Part shown: positions 1 through 12,100 of the stretch, piece by piece
How positions within the stretch are numbered: the first letter of the stretch is position 1
Layout of the letters: the number at the start of each line of letters is the position of its first letter
NCBI GenBank assembly: GCA_951406725.2
Contig: CATOCA020000001.1
Location: forward strand, 930,001 to 994,000
DNA length: 64,000 bases
Direction: 5' to 3'
From: Octopus vulgaris
Taxonomy: Eukaryota
Program-made: the position numbers and the translations under genes
The notes under the pieces: generated by a model
Seen by the model: only the letters and a program-made list of their open reading frames with translations
Database searches by the model: none
What the model was told of the DNA's origin: nothing

Positions 1-528
1 AGGTAAGATTCTGTTTTCTGGGTCCAGTGGGAATTTTTGTTGAAAATTGTTTTTTACAGGCAGGAAGTCCTACTGGATTCAGAATTCTGATTCTGCCGAC
101 ATGGGGCAAATATATTTTTCTCGCTGAATTGTGAGAATTATGGGGGGATCGTATTCGTCTTCGATAATTGAGTGAATATTTTTCTCACCTAATTATGAGA
201 ATTGTATTGTGCTGTGAAGAACTTTAAGAATTGTGAGAACTGTTATTTAGGGGAGTGTTTTGCCTCCGAAGTTTGAACAATTTTTACCAATTTTACACCA
301 ATTTTTGTGGAAGTTGTGTTCCAGTTGCGGCGTTCCGGGTTCAATTTAGGCCGGGAGTACCGAATGGCCAGAAGATATTTTGCTGTGTTATTGACTTTCT
401 TTTGAAATTTATTTGACTTTCTCCTTTTTTGTTTATTGCAACTTTCTTCTGATTTCTTTTTCTTCTCGCTTTTTAAGTTTTATTTTGAATATATTTAAAA
501 AAAGAAGAAAAAAAAACAAAAAAAAACC

Positions 529-1789
529 ATGGCAATGAAAAATGACAAAATTTTGGAATGGGAGATCATACCGCCTAAAAAGTGGTTAAAATACCGTGAA
601 GATAGGACGGTGGTGTTGAGAACCTACTCCAAGGCACTCGACACCATCGCCCTGTTCGAAAAGACGGCAATTGAAAAGGAGTTGGCAGAGTATTTGCCAA
701 CAATTAAATTCATTTCCAGGGGTGTCAAATATGCAACGGTGTGGTTGCTATTTGACACCCCTGAAGAGGCTTGCAAATTTGCTAGTAAACCCCTGGAGGG
801 TAAAGGAATTTTATTCCTGCCCACGTACCAAAAAAAGAGACTGACGAAAGCTTGGATTTGCGGGCTGCCACCCGGGATAGAACCCGAGTGGATAGAGGAG
901 ACTATCCGCCGGGGTCTGGGTAGCAGCGAAACTAAGCTCCTTAATGTGAAAGTTCTTCCTGCGGCTGCTTGGGTTGGGTCAAAAGCAATTTTGACCCTTT
1001 GGACCCAATCAGCCAATCTGGTTCTTCCAGATTTTTTTTAAATGGCCGGATGCAAGTACCCGGTGATGCTTGAAGGTCGCCCCCCTAAGTGTCATCGGTG
1101 CTTGGAGTCCGGCCATATAAAGAAGAACTGTCCCCGGGAACAAAATAGGATCCCGGAACAGTCAAGTGAAACCCATGTAGAAGAGGGAATGATAACGGCC
1201 GAGGAAGCAGAGGACTCCTCAAACAGAGGCCAAAGAGGAAGGTGAGCAACAATGGGTGCTCACCAAAGGATACTAGGGATGAGGAGGGAAAGGCGAATCT
1301 TCCGGCCACGGAGGAGACGCACCCTCCCTCAGTTGAAAAGAAAAAAAGAAAAAGAGGAAGAGAAACGGGACATTACCGGCAGTTGGTGACATAGTACCGG
1401 AATGTCCCGGAACTACGTTGGTTGGGGTTGTGCAACCGACGGGAGAAGAAACACCGTTGGCGGGAACTGTGCCGCCAACGAAAGAATTGAATATCCCGCA
1501 CCCGAGCAAAAACGATGTTTTGATCCTCTTCCATAGAGGCGGAGAGATTGAAAAGGTGATGGAAAAGCACCACAAGGGAGCACCTTTAGCCTTCACACAG
1601 GACCCCGAATGGCCTCCGCAGGTAGCTGTGGAGGCCGTGGCGTTCGACGTGACGCTTGGGCTGAAGGAGCTCAATGATGATTATAGCTTGGTCCCGGGCG
1701 ACGCTAACTCGGAACTCGATTACATTCTGAGGGAGGCGTGGTGGATGGTGGAGGATGCGGGTACAGGTTATTTTGAGGACGAGTCATAA
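529..1789 (+). pseudogene. Decayed L1/Tx1-type ORF1 (gag-like, CCHC zinc knuckle) of a non-LTR retroelement, no ORF2 downstream
   Basis: ORFs 529-1041 and 1042-1245 are in the same frame, separated only by TAA. Joined they read LPDFF*MAGCKYPVMLEGRPPKCHRCLESGHIKKNCP (Cx2Cx4Hx4C preceded by a GxP motif, as in Tx1/L1 ORF1). A frameshifted acidic/basic C-terminal part continues to 1789. The ATG has a ccATGG context and AATAAA lies at 2163-2168. Confidence 0.7.
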
Positions 1790-2169
1790 ATTGTGATATG
1801 ACTTGAGGGGCCCCGACCTAGAGCTGGCGCATTCCTAAGGGAAGTGTAAACCAGGTCTGGGAGGAGGGGCTTTGTGTATTGTATTTATATATATTATATG
1901 TAATTATTGAACCATTTTGTTGTTATTAATGGACTGTTAAGTCCAAATATTGAAAAGTTGTAAAAATTGTAAGAGGTTTAATACCTCGTTTTGTGTTTGT
2001 TTTTAAAAGAACAATGTTTTAGAGAAGCAGAAGTCGGCGGGCGCTTCTTGTCTTCTCCCATCCCCATCATCCTTCTTTCATTATCATTCATTTCATTAAT
2101 GTCCTCGTCCAGCCCGCAAAGCTAACTTACTCTATGTACTGCCTTAATGGCAAATGTTATGAAATAAAT

Positions 2170-2309
2170 TAGCTTGTTTACCAACCAAATGGTTCCGGAT
2201 TCAGTCCCACTGCGTGGCACCTTGGGCAACTGTATTCTACTATAGCCTCGGGCCGACGAAGGCCTTGTGAGTGGATTTGGTAGACGGAAACTAAAAGAAG
2301 CCCGTCGTA

Positions 2310-2349
<40 letters not shown>

Positions 2350-2584
2350 TGTGTGTGTGTGTGTGTGTTTGTGTCTGTTTGTGTTTGTCTCCCTAGCATT
2401 GCTTGACAACCGATGCTGGTGTGTTTATGTCCCCGTCACTTAGCGGTTCGGCAAAAGAGACCGATAGAATAAGTACTGGGCTTACAAAAGAATAAGTCCC
2501 GGGTTCGAGTTGCTCGATTAAAGGCGGTGCCCCAGCATGGCCGCAGTCAAATGACTGAAACAAGTAAAAGGGTAAAGAGTAAAA
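2170..2584 (+). mobile_element. tRNA-derived SINE (family A, internal TA/TG microsatellite), missing first ~25 bp
   Basis: B-box-like GGATTCAGTCCC and the tail GGCCGCAGTCAAATGACTGAAACAAGTAAAAG. The same sequence recurs at 26008-26428, 38570-38850 and 54774-55314. Confidence 0.85.
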
Positions 2585-2593
2585 TAGTATATT

Positions 2594-2693
<100 letters not shown>

Positions 2694-2838
2694 CATGTAT
2701 TTAACATGTATTTATATATTTATGTATTTATGTTTGAGTGGATCAGGCGAAACTTCAAATAGCTGTTGTTTTAACGAAATCAATATTTACTAAAGATATT
2801 GAACCCATTATTTGTTTGATGCTTTCCTTTTCTTCGGT

Positions 2839-2881
<43 letters not shown>

Positions 2882-3133
2882 TGTGTGTGTGGGCGTGTGT
2901 GTGTGCGTGTGCGCCTGCTTATATGTGCAGAAAGAAAGAGAAAGAAAGGAAAAGAGAGAAAGCAAATATCTACTCACAGCTTTTGATACGTTCTTAGCAG
3001 AGATTTTATATTCGCTGAACTTTTTAAAAGTCAAATGGAATACGAAGAAATTGGTCCAGTCTATGGAAGGATAAAGAAGATAATCATTGCCTTTATAAAT
3101 GAGGCACACATCAAAGATTCGCACAAACCGACA

Positions 3134-6100
3134 TACGTGTGTTCGTTCTTCTGCATAGCATTACCTCGCTCTGTCTGTTCGTGTGTTTTCTGCATAGCAT
3201 CTACCTCGCTCTGTCTGTGTTCGTGTGTTCGTTCTGTCTGCATAGCATCTACCTCGCTCTGTCTGTGTTCGTGTGTTCGTTCTGTCTGCATAGCATCTAC
3301 CTCGCTCTGTCTGTGTACGTGTGTTCGTTCTGTCTGCATAGCATCTACCTCGCTCTGTCTGTGTTCGTGTGTTCGTTCTGTCTGCATAGCATCTACCTCG
3401 CTCTGTCTGTGTTCGTGTGTTCGTTCTGTCTGCATAGCATCTACCTCGCTCTGTCTGTGTTCGTGTGTTCGTTCTGTCTGCATAGCATCTACCTCGCTCT
3501 GTCTGTGTTCGTGTGTTCGTTCTGTCTGCATAGCATCTACCTCGCTCTGTCTGTGTTCGTGTGTTCGTTCTGTCTGCATAGCATCTACCTCGCTCTGTCT
3601 GTGTTCGTGTGTTCGTTCTGTCTGCATAGCATCTACCTCGCTCTGTCTGTGTTCGTGTGTTCGTTCTGTCTGCATAGCATCTACCTCGCTCTGTCTGTGT
3701 TCGTGTGTTCGTTCTGTCTGCATAGCATCTACCTCGCTCTGTCTGTGTTCGTGTGTTCGTTCTGTCTGCATAGCATCTACCTCGCTCTGTCTGTGTTCGT
3801 GTGTTCGTTCTGTCTGCATAGCATCTACCTCGCTCTGTCTGTGTTCGTGTGTTCGTTCTGTCTGCATAGCATCTACCTCGCTCTGTCTGTGTTCGTGTGT
3901 TCGTTCTGTCTGCATAGCATCTACCTCGCTCTGTCTGTGTTCGTGTGTTCGTTCTGTCTGCATAGCATCTACCTCGCTCTGTCTGTGTTCGTGTGTTCGT
4001 TCTGTCTGCATAGCATCTACCTCGCTCTGTCTGTGTTCGTGTGTTCGTTCTGTCTGCATAGCATCTACCTCGCTCTGTCTGTGTTCGTGTGTTCGTTCTG
4101 TCTGCATAGCATCTACCTCGCTCTGTCTGTGTTCGTGTGTTCGTTCTGTCTGCATAGCATCTACCTCGCTCTGTCTGTGTTCGTGTGTTCGTTCTGTCTG
4201 CATAGCATCTACCTCGCTCTGTCTGTGTTCGTGTGTTCGTTCTGTCTGCATAGCATCTACCTCGCTCTGTCTGTGTTCGTGTGTTCGTTCTGTCTGCATA
4301 GCATCTACCTCGCTCTGTCTGTGTTCGTGTGTTCGTTCTGTCTGCATAGCATCTACCTCGCTCTGTCTGTGTTCGTGTGTTCGTTCTGTCTGCATAGCAT
4401 CTACCTCGCTCTGTCTGTGTTCGTGTGTTCGTTCTGTCTGCATAGCATCTACCTCGCTCTGTCTGTGTTCGTGTGTTCGTTCTGTCTGCATAGCATCTAC
4501 CTCGCTCTGTCTGTGTTCGTGTGTTCGTTCTGTCTGCATAGCATCTACCTCGCTCTGTCTGTGTTCGTGTGTTCGTTCTGTCTGCATAGCATCTACCTCG
4601 CTCTGTCTGTGTTCGTGTGTTCGTTCTGTCTGCATAGCATCTACCTCGCTCTGTCTGTGTTCGTGTGTTCGTTCTGTCTGCATAGCATCTACCTCGCTCT
4701 GTCTGTGTTCGTGTGTTCGTTCTGTCTGCATAGCATCTACCTCGCTCTGTCTGTGTTCGTGTGTTCGTTCTGTCTGCATAGCATCTACCTCGCTCTGTCT
4801 GTGTTCGTGTGTTCGTTCTGTCTGCATAGCATCTACCTCGCTCTGTCTGTGTTCGTGTGTTCGTTCTGTCTGCATAGCATCTACCTCGCTCTGTCTGTGT
4901 TCGTGTGTTCGTTCTGTCTGCATAGCATCTACCTCGCTCTGTCTGTGTTCGTGTGTTCGTTCTGTCTGCATAGCATCTACCTCGCTCTGTCTGTGTTCGT
5001 GTGTTCGTTCTGTCTGCATAGCATCTACCTCGCTCTGTCTGTGTACGTGTGTTCGTTCTGTCTGCATAGCATCTACCTCGCTCTGTCTGTGTTCGTGTGT
5101 TCGTTCTGTCTGCATAGCATCTACCTCGCTCTGTCTGTGTTCGTGTGTTCGTTCTGTCTGCATAGCATCTACCTCGCTCTGTCTGTGTTCGTGTGTTCGT
5201 TCTGTCTGCATAGCATCTACCTCGCTCTGTCTGTGTTCGTGTGTTCGTTCTGTCTGCATAGCATCTACCTCGCTCTGTCTGTGTTCGTGTGTTCGTTCTG
5301 TCTGCATAGCATCTACCTCGCTCTGTCTGTGTTCGTGTGTTCGTTCTGTCTGCATAGCATCTACCTCGCTCTGTCTGTGTTCGTGTGTTCGTTCTGTCTG
5401 CATAGCATCTACCTCGCTCTGTCTGTGTTCGTGTGTTCGTTCTGTCTGCATAGCATCTACCTCGCTCTGTCTGTGTTCGTGTGTTCGTTCTGTCTGCATA
5501 GCATCTACCTCGCTCTGTCTGTGTTCGTGTGTTCGTTCTGTCTGCATAGCATCTACCTCGCTCTGTCTGTGTTCGTGTGTTCGTTCTGTCTGCATAGCAT
5601 CTACCTCGCTCTGTCTGTGTTCGTGTGTTCGTTCTGTCTGCATAGCATCTACCTCGCTCTGTCTGTGTTCGTGTGTTCGTTCTGTCTGCATAGCATCTAC
5701 CTCGCTCTGTCTGTGTTCGTGTGTTCGTTCTGTCTGCATAGCATCTACCTCGCTCTGTCTGTGTTCGTGTGTTCGTTCTGTCTGCATAGCATCTACCTCG
5801 CTCTGTCTGTGTTCGTGTGTTCGTTCTGTCTGCATAGCATCTACCTCGCTCTGTCTGTGTTCGTGTGTTCGTTCTGTCTGCATAGCATCTACCTCGCTCT
5901 GTCTGTGTTCGTGTGTTCGTTCTGTCTGCATAGCATCTACCTCGCTCTGTCTGTGTTCGTGTGTTCGTTCTGTCTGCATAGCATCTACCTCGCTCTGTCT
6001 GTGTTCGTGTGTTCGTTCTGTCTGCATAGCATCTACCTCGCTCTGTCTGTGTTCGTGTGTTCGTTCTGTCTGCATAGCATCTACCTCGCTCTGTCTGTGT

Positions 6101-9100
6101 TCGTGTGTTCGTTCTGTCTGCATAGCATCTACCTCGCTCTGTCTGTGTTCGTGTGTTCGTTCTGTCTGCATAGCATCTACCTCGCTCTGTCTGTGTTCGT
6201 GTGTTCGTTCTGTCTGCATAGCATCTACCTCGCTCTGTCTGTGTTCGTGTGTTCGTTCTGTCTGCATAGCATCTACCTCGCTCTGTCTGTGTTCGTGTGT
6301 TCGTTCTGTCTGCATAGCATCTACCTCGCTCTGTCTGTGTTCGTGTGTTCGTTCTGTCTGCATAGCATCTACCTCGCTCTGTCTGTGTTCGTGTGTTCGT
6401 TCTGTCTGCATAGCATCTACCTCGCTCTGTCTGTGTTCGTGTGTTCGTTCTGTCTGCATAGCATCTACCTCGCTCTGTCTGTGTTCGTGTGTTCGTTCTG
6501 TCTGCATAGCATCTACCTCGCTCTGTCTGTGTACGTGTGTTCGTTCTGTCTGCATAGCATCTACCTCGCTCTGTCTGTGTTCGTGTGTTCGTTCTGTCTG
6601 CATAGCATCTACCTCGCTCTGTCTGTGTTCGTGTGTTCGTTCTGTCTGCATAGCATCTACCTCGCTCTGTCTGTGTTCGTGTGTTCGTTCTGTCTGCATA
6701 GCATCTACCTCGCTCTGTCTGTGTTCGTGTGTTCGTTCTGTCTGCATAGCATCTACCTCGCTCTGTCTGTGTTCGTGTGTTCGTTCTGTCTGCATAGCAT
6801 CTACCTCGCTCTGTCTGTGTTCGTGTGTTCGTTCTGTCTGCATAGCATCTACCTCGCTCTGTCTGTGTTCGTGTGTTCGTTCTGTCTGCATAGCATCTAC
6901 CTCGCTCTGTCTGTGTTCGTGTGTTCGTTCTGTCTGCATAGCATCTACCTCGCTCTGTCTGTGTTCGTGTGTTCGTTCTGTCTGCATAGCATCTACCTCG
7001 CTCTGTCTGTGTTCGTGTGTTCGTTCTGTCTGCATAGCATCTACCTCGCTCTGTCTGTGTTCGTGTGTTCGTTCTGTCTGCATAGCATCTACCTCGCTCT
7101 GTCTGTGTTCGTGTGTTCGTTCTGTCTGCATAGCATCTACCTCGCTCTGTCTGTGTTCGTGTGTTCGTTCTGTCTGCATAGCATCTACCTCGCTCTGTCT
7201 GTGTTCGTGTGTTCGTTCTGTCTGCATAGCATCTACCTCGCTCTGTCTGTGTTCGTGTGTTCGTTCTGTCTGCATAGCATCTACCTCGCTCTGTCTGTGT
7301 TCGTGTGTTCGTTCTGTCTGCATAGCATCTACCTCGCTCTGTCTGTGTTCGTGTGTTCGTTCTGTCTGCATAGCATCTACCTCGCTCTGTCTGTGTTCGT
7401 GTGTTCGTTCTGTCTGCATAGCATCTACCTCGCTCTGTCTGTGTTCGTGTGTTCGTTCTGTCTGCATAGCATCTACCTCGCTCTGTCTGTGTTCGTGTGT
7501 TCGTTCTGTCTGCATAGCATCTACCTCGCTCTGTCTGTGTTCGTGTGTTCGTTCTGTCTGCATAGCATCTACCTCGCTCTGTCTGTGTTCGTGTGTTCGT
7601 TCTGTCTGCATAGCATCTACCTCGCTCTGTCTGTGTTCGTGTGTTCGTTCTGTCTGCATAGCATCTACCTCGCTCTGTCTGTGTTCGTGTGTTCGTTCTG
7701 TCTGCATAGCATCTACCTCGCTCTGTCTGTGTTCGTGTGTTCGTTCTGTCTGCATAGCATCTACCTCGCTCTGTCTGTGTTCGTGTGTTCGTTCTGTCTG
7801 CATAGCATCTACCTCGCTCTGTCTGTGTTCGTGTGTTCGTTCTGTCTGCATAGCATCTACCTCGCTCTGTCTGTGTTCGTGTGTTCGTTCTGTCTGCATA
7901 GCATCTACCTCGCTCTGTCTGTGTTCGTGTGTTCGTTCTGTCTGCATAGCATCTACCTCGCTCTGTCTGTGTTCGTGTGTTCGTTCTGTCTGCATAGCAT
8001 CTACCTCGCTCTGTCTGTGTTCGTGTGTTCGTTCTGTCTGCATAGCATCTACCTCGCTCTGTCTGTGTTCGTGTGTTCGTTCTGTCTGCATAGCATCTAC
8101 CTCGCTCTGTCTGTGTTCGTGTGTTCGTTCTGTCTGCATAGCATCTACCTCGCTCTGTCTGTGTTCGTGTGTTCGTTCTGTCTGCATAGCATCTACCTCG
8201 CTCTGTCTGTGTTCGTGTGTTCGTTCTGTCTGCATAGCATCTACCTCGCTCTGTCTGTGTTCGTGTGTTCGTTCTGTCTGCATAGCATCTACCTCGCTCT
8301 GTCTGTGTTCGTGTGTTCGTTCTGTCTGCATAGCATCTACCTCGCTCTGTCTGTGTTCGTGTGTTCGTTCTGTCTGCATAGCATCTACCTCGCTCTGTCT
8401 GTGTTCGTGTGTTCGTTCTGTCTGCATAGCATCTACCTCGCTCTGTCTGTGTTCGTGTGTTCGTTCTGTCTGCATAGCATCTACCTCGCTCTGTCTGTGT
8501 TCGTGTGTTCGTTCTGTCTGCATAGCATCTACCTCGCTCTGTCTGTGTTCGTGTGTTCGTTCTGTCTGCATAGCATCTACCTCGCTCTGTCTGTGTTCGT
8601 GTGTTCGTTCTGTCTGCATAGCATCTACCTCGCTCTGTCTGTGTTCGTGTGTTCGTTCTGTCTGCATAGCATCTACCTCGCTCTGTCTGTGTTCGTGTGT
8701 TCGTTCTGTCTGCATAGCATCTACCTCGCTCTGTCTGTGTTCGTGTGTTCGTTCTGTCTGCATAGCATCTACCTCGCTCTGTCTGTGTTCGTGTGTTCGT
8801 TCTGTCTGCATAGCATCTACCTCGCTCTGTCTGTGTTCGTGTGTTCGTTCTGTCTGCATAGCATCTACCTCGCTCTGTCTGTGTTCGTGTGTTCGTTCTG
8901 TCTGCATAGCATCTACCTCGCTCTGTCTGTGTTCGTGTGTTCGTTCTGTCTGCATAGCATCTACCTCGCTCTGTCTGTGTTCGTGTGTTCGTTCTGTCTG
9001 CATAGCATCTACCTCGCTCTGTCTGTGTTCGTGTGTTCGTTCTGTCTGCATAGCATCTACCTCGCTCTGTCTGTGTTCGTGTGTTCGTTCTGTCTGCATA

Positions 9101-12100
9101 GCATCTACCTCGCTCTGTCTGTGTTCGTGTGTTCGTTCTGTCTGCATAGCATCTACCTCGCTCTGTCTGTGTTCGTGTGTTCGTTCTGTCTGCATAGCAT
9201 CTACCTCGCTCTGTCTGTGTTCGTGTGTTCGTTCTGTCTGCATAGCATCTACCTCGCTCTGTCTGTGTACGTGTGTTCGTTCTGTCTGCATAGCATCTAC
9301 CTCGCTCTGTCTGTGTTCGTGTGTTCGTTCTGTCTGCATAGCATCTACCTCGCTCTGTCTGTGTTCGTGTGTTCGTTCTGTCTGCATAGCATCTACCTCG
9401 CTCTGTCTGTGTTCGTGTGTTCGTTCTGTCTGCATAGCATCTACCTCGCTCTGTCTGTGTTCGTGTGTTCTTCGTTCTGTCTGCATAGCATCTACCTCGC
9501 TCTGTCTGTGTTCGTGTGTTCGTTCTGTCTGCATAGCATCTACCTCGCTCTGTCTGTGTTCGTGTGTTCGTTCTGTCTGCATAGCATCTACCTCGCTCTG
9601 TCTGTGTTCGTGTGTTCGTTCTGTCTGCATAGCATCTACCTCGCTCTGTCTGTGTTCGTGTGTTCGTTCTGTCTGCATAGCATCTACCTCGCTCTGTCTG
9701 TGTTCGTGTGTTCGTTTCTGTCTGCATAGCATCTACCTCGCTCTGTCTGTGTTCGTGTGTTCGTTCTGTCTGCATAGCATCTACCTCGCTCTGTCTGTGT
9801 TCGTGTGTTCGTTCTGTCTGCATAGCATCTACCTCGCTCTGTCTGTGTTCGTGTGTTCGTTCTGTCTGCATAGCATCTACCTCGCTCTGTCTGTGTTCGT
9901 GTGTTCGTTCTGTCTGCATAGCATCTACCTCGCTCTGTCTGTGTTCGTGTGTTCGTTCTGTCTGCATAGCATCTACCTCGCTCTGTCTGTGTTCGTGTGT
10001 TCGTTCTGTCTGCATAGCATCTACCTCGCTCTGTCTGTGTTCGTGTGTTCGTTCTGTCTGCATAGCATCTACCTCGCTCTGTCTGTGTTCGTGTGTTCGT
10101 TCTGTCTGCATAGCATCTACCTCGCTCTGTCTGTGTTCGTGTGTTCGTTCTGTCTGCATAGCATCTACCTCGCTCTGTCTGTGTTCGTGTGTTCGTTCTG
10201 TCTGCATAGCATCTACCTCGCTCTGTCTGTGTTCGTGTGTTCGTTCTGTCTGCATAGCATCTACCTCGCTCTGTCTGTGTTCGTGTGTTCGTTCTGTCTG
10301 CATAGCATCTACCTCGCTCTGTCTGTGTTCGTGTGTTCGTTCTGTCTGCATAGCATCTACCTCGCTCTGTCTGTGTTCGTGTGTTCGTTCTGTCTGCATA
10401 GCATCTACCTCGCTCTGTCTGTGTTCGTGTGTTCGTTCTGTCTGCATAGCATCTACCTCGCTCTGTCTGTGTTCGTGTGTTCGTTCTGTCTGCATAGCAT
10501 CTACCTCGCTCTGTCTGTGTTCGTGTGTTCGTTCTGTCTGCATAGCATCTACCTCGCTCTGTCTGTGTTCGTGTGTTCGTTCTGTCTGCATAGCATCTAC
10601 CTCGCTCTGTCTGTGTACGTGTGTTCGTTCTGTCTGCATAGCATCTACCTCGCTCTGTCTGTGTTCGTGTGTTCGTTCTGTCTGCATAGCATCTACCTCG
10701 CTCTGTCTGTGTACGTGTGTTCGTTCTGTCTGCATAGCATCTACCTCGCTCTGTCTGTGTTCGTGTGTTCGTTCTGTCTGCATAGCATCTACCTCGCTCT
10801 GTCTGTGTTCGTGTGTTCGTTCTGTCTGCATAGCATCTACCTCGCTCTGTCTGTGTTCGTGTGTTCGTTCTGTCTGCATAGCATCTACCTCGCTCTGTCT
10901 GTGTTCGTGTGTTCGTTCTGTCTGCATAGCATCTACCTCGCTCTGTCTGTGTTCGTGTGTTCGTTCTGTCTGCATAGCATCTACCTCGCTCTGTCTGTGT
11001 ACGTGTGTTCGTTCTGTCTGCATAGCATCTACCTCGCTCTGTCTGTGTTCGTGTGTTCGTTCTGTCTGCATAGCATCTACCTCGCTCTGTCTGTGTCGTG
11101 TGTTCGTTCTGTCTGATAGTTCGCTGTCTTCGTGTGTTCGTTCTGTCTGCATAGCATCTACCTCGCTCTGTCTGTGTTCGTGTGTTCGTTCTGTCTGCAT
11201 AGCATCTACCTCGCTCTGTCTGTGTTCGTGTGTTCGTTCTGTCTGCATAGCATCTACCTCGCTCTGTCTGTGTTCGTGTGTTCGTTCTGTCTGCATAGCA
11301 TCTACCTCGCTCTGTCTGTGTTCGTGTGTTCGTTCTGTCTGCATAGCATCTACCTCGCTCTGTCTGTGTTCGTGTGTTCGTTCTGTCTGCATAGCATCTA
11401 CCTCGCTCTGTCTGTGTTCGTGTGTTCGTTCTGTCTGCATAGCATCTACCTCGCTCTGTCTGTGTTCGTGTGTTCGTTCTGTCTGCATAGCATCTACCTC
11501 GCTCTGTCTGTGTTCGTGTGTTCGTTCTGTCTGCATAGCATCTACCTCGCTCTGTCTGTGTTCGTGTGTTCGTTCTGTCTGCATAGCATCTACCTCGCTC
11601 TGTCTGTGTCGTGTGTTCGTTCTGTCTGCATAGCATCTACCTCGCTCTGTCTGTGTTCGTGTGTTCGTTCTGTCTGCATAGCATCTACCTCGCTCTGTCT
11701 GTGTTCGTGTGTTCGTTCTGTCTGCATAGCATCTACGTGTTGTTCTGTCTGCTACCTCGCTCTGTCTGTGTTCGTGTGTTCGTTCTGTCTGCATAGCATC
11801 TACCTCGCTCTGTCTGTGTTCGTGTGTTCGTTCTGTCTGCATAGCATCTACCTCGCTCTGTCTGTGTTCGTGTGTTCGTTCTGTCTGCATAGCATCTACC
11901 TCGCTCTGTCTGTGTTCGTGTGTTCGTTCTGTCTGCATAGCATCTACCTCGCTCTGTCTGTGTTCGTGTGTTCGTTCTGTCTGCATAGCATCTACCTCGC
12001 TCTGTCTGTGTACGTGTGTTCGTTCTGTCTGCATAGCATCGACCGCGCTCTGTCTGTGTTCGTGTGTTCGTTCTGTCTGCATAGCATCTACCTCGCTCTG

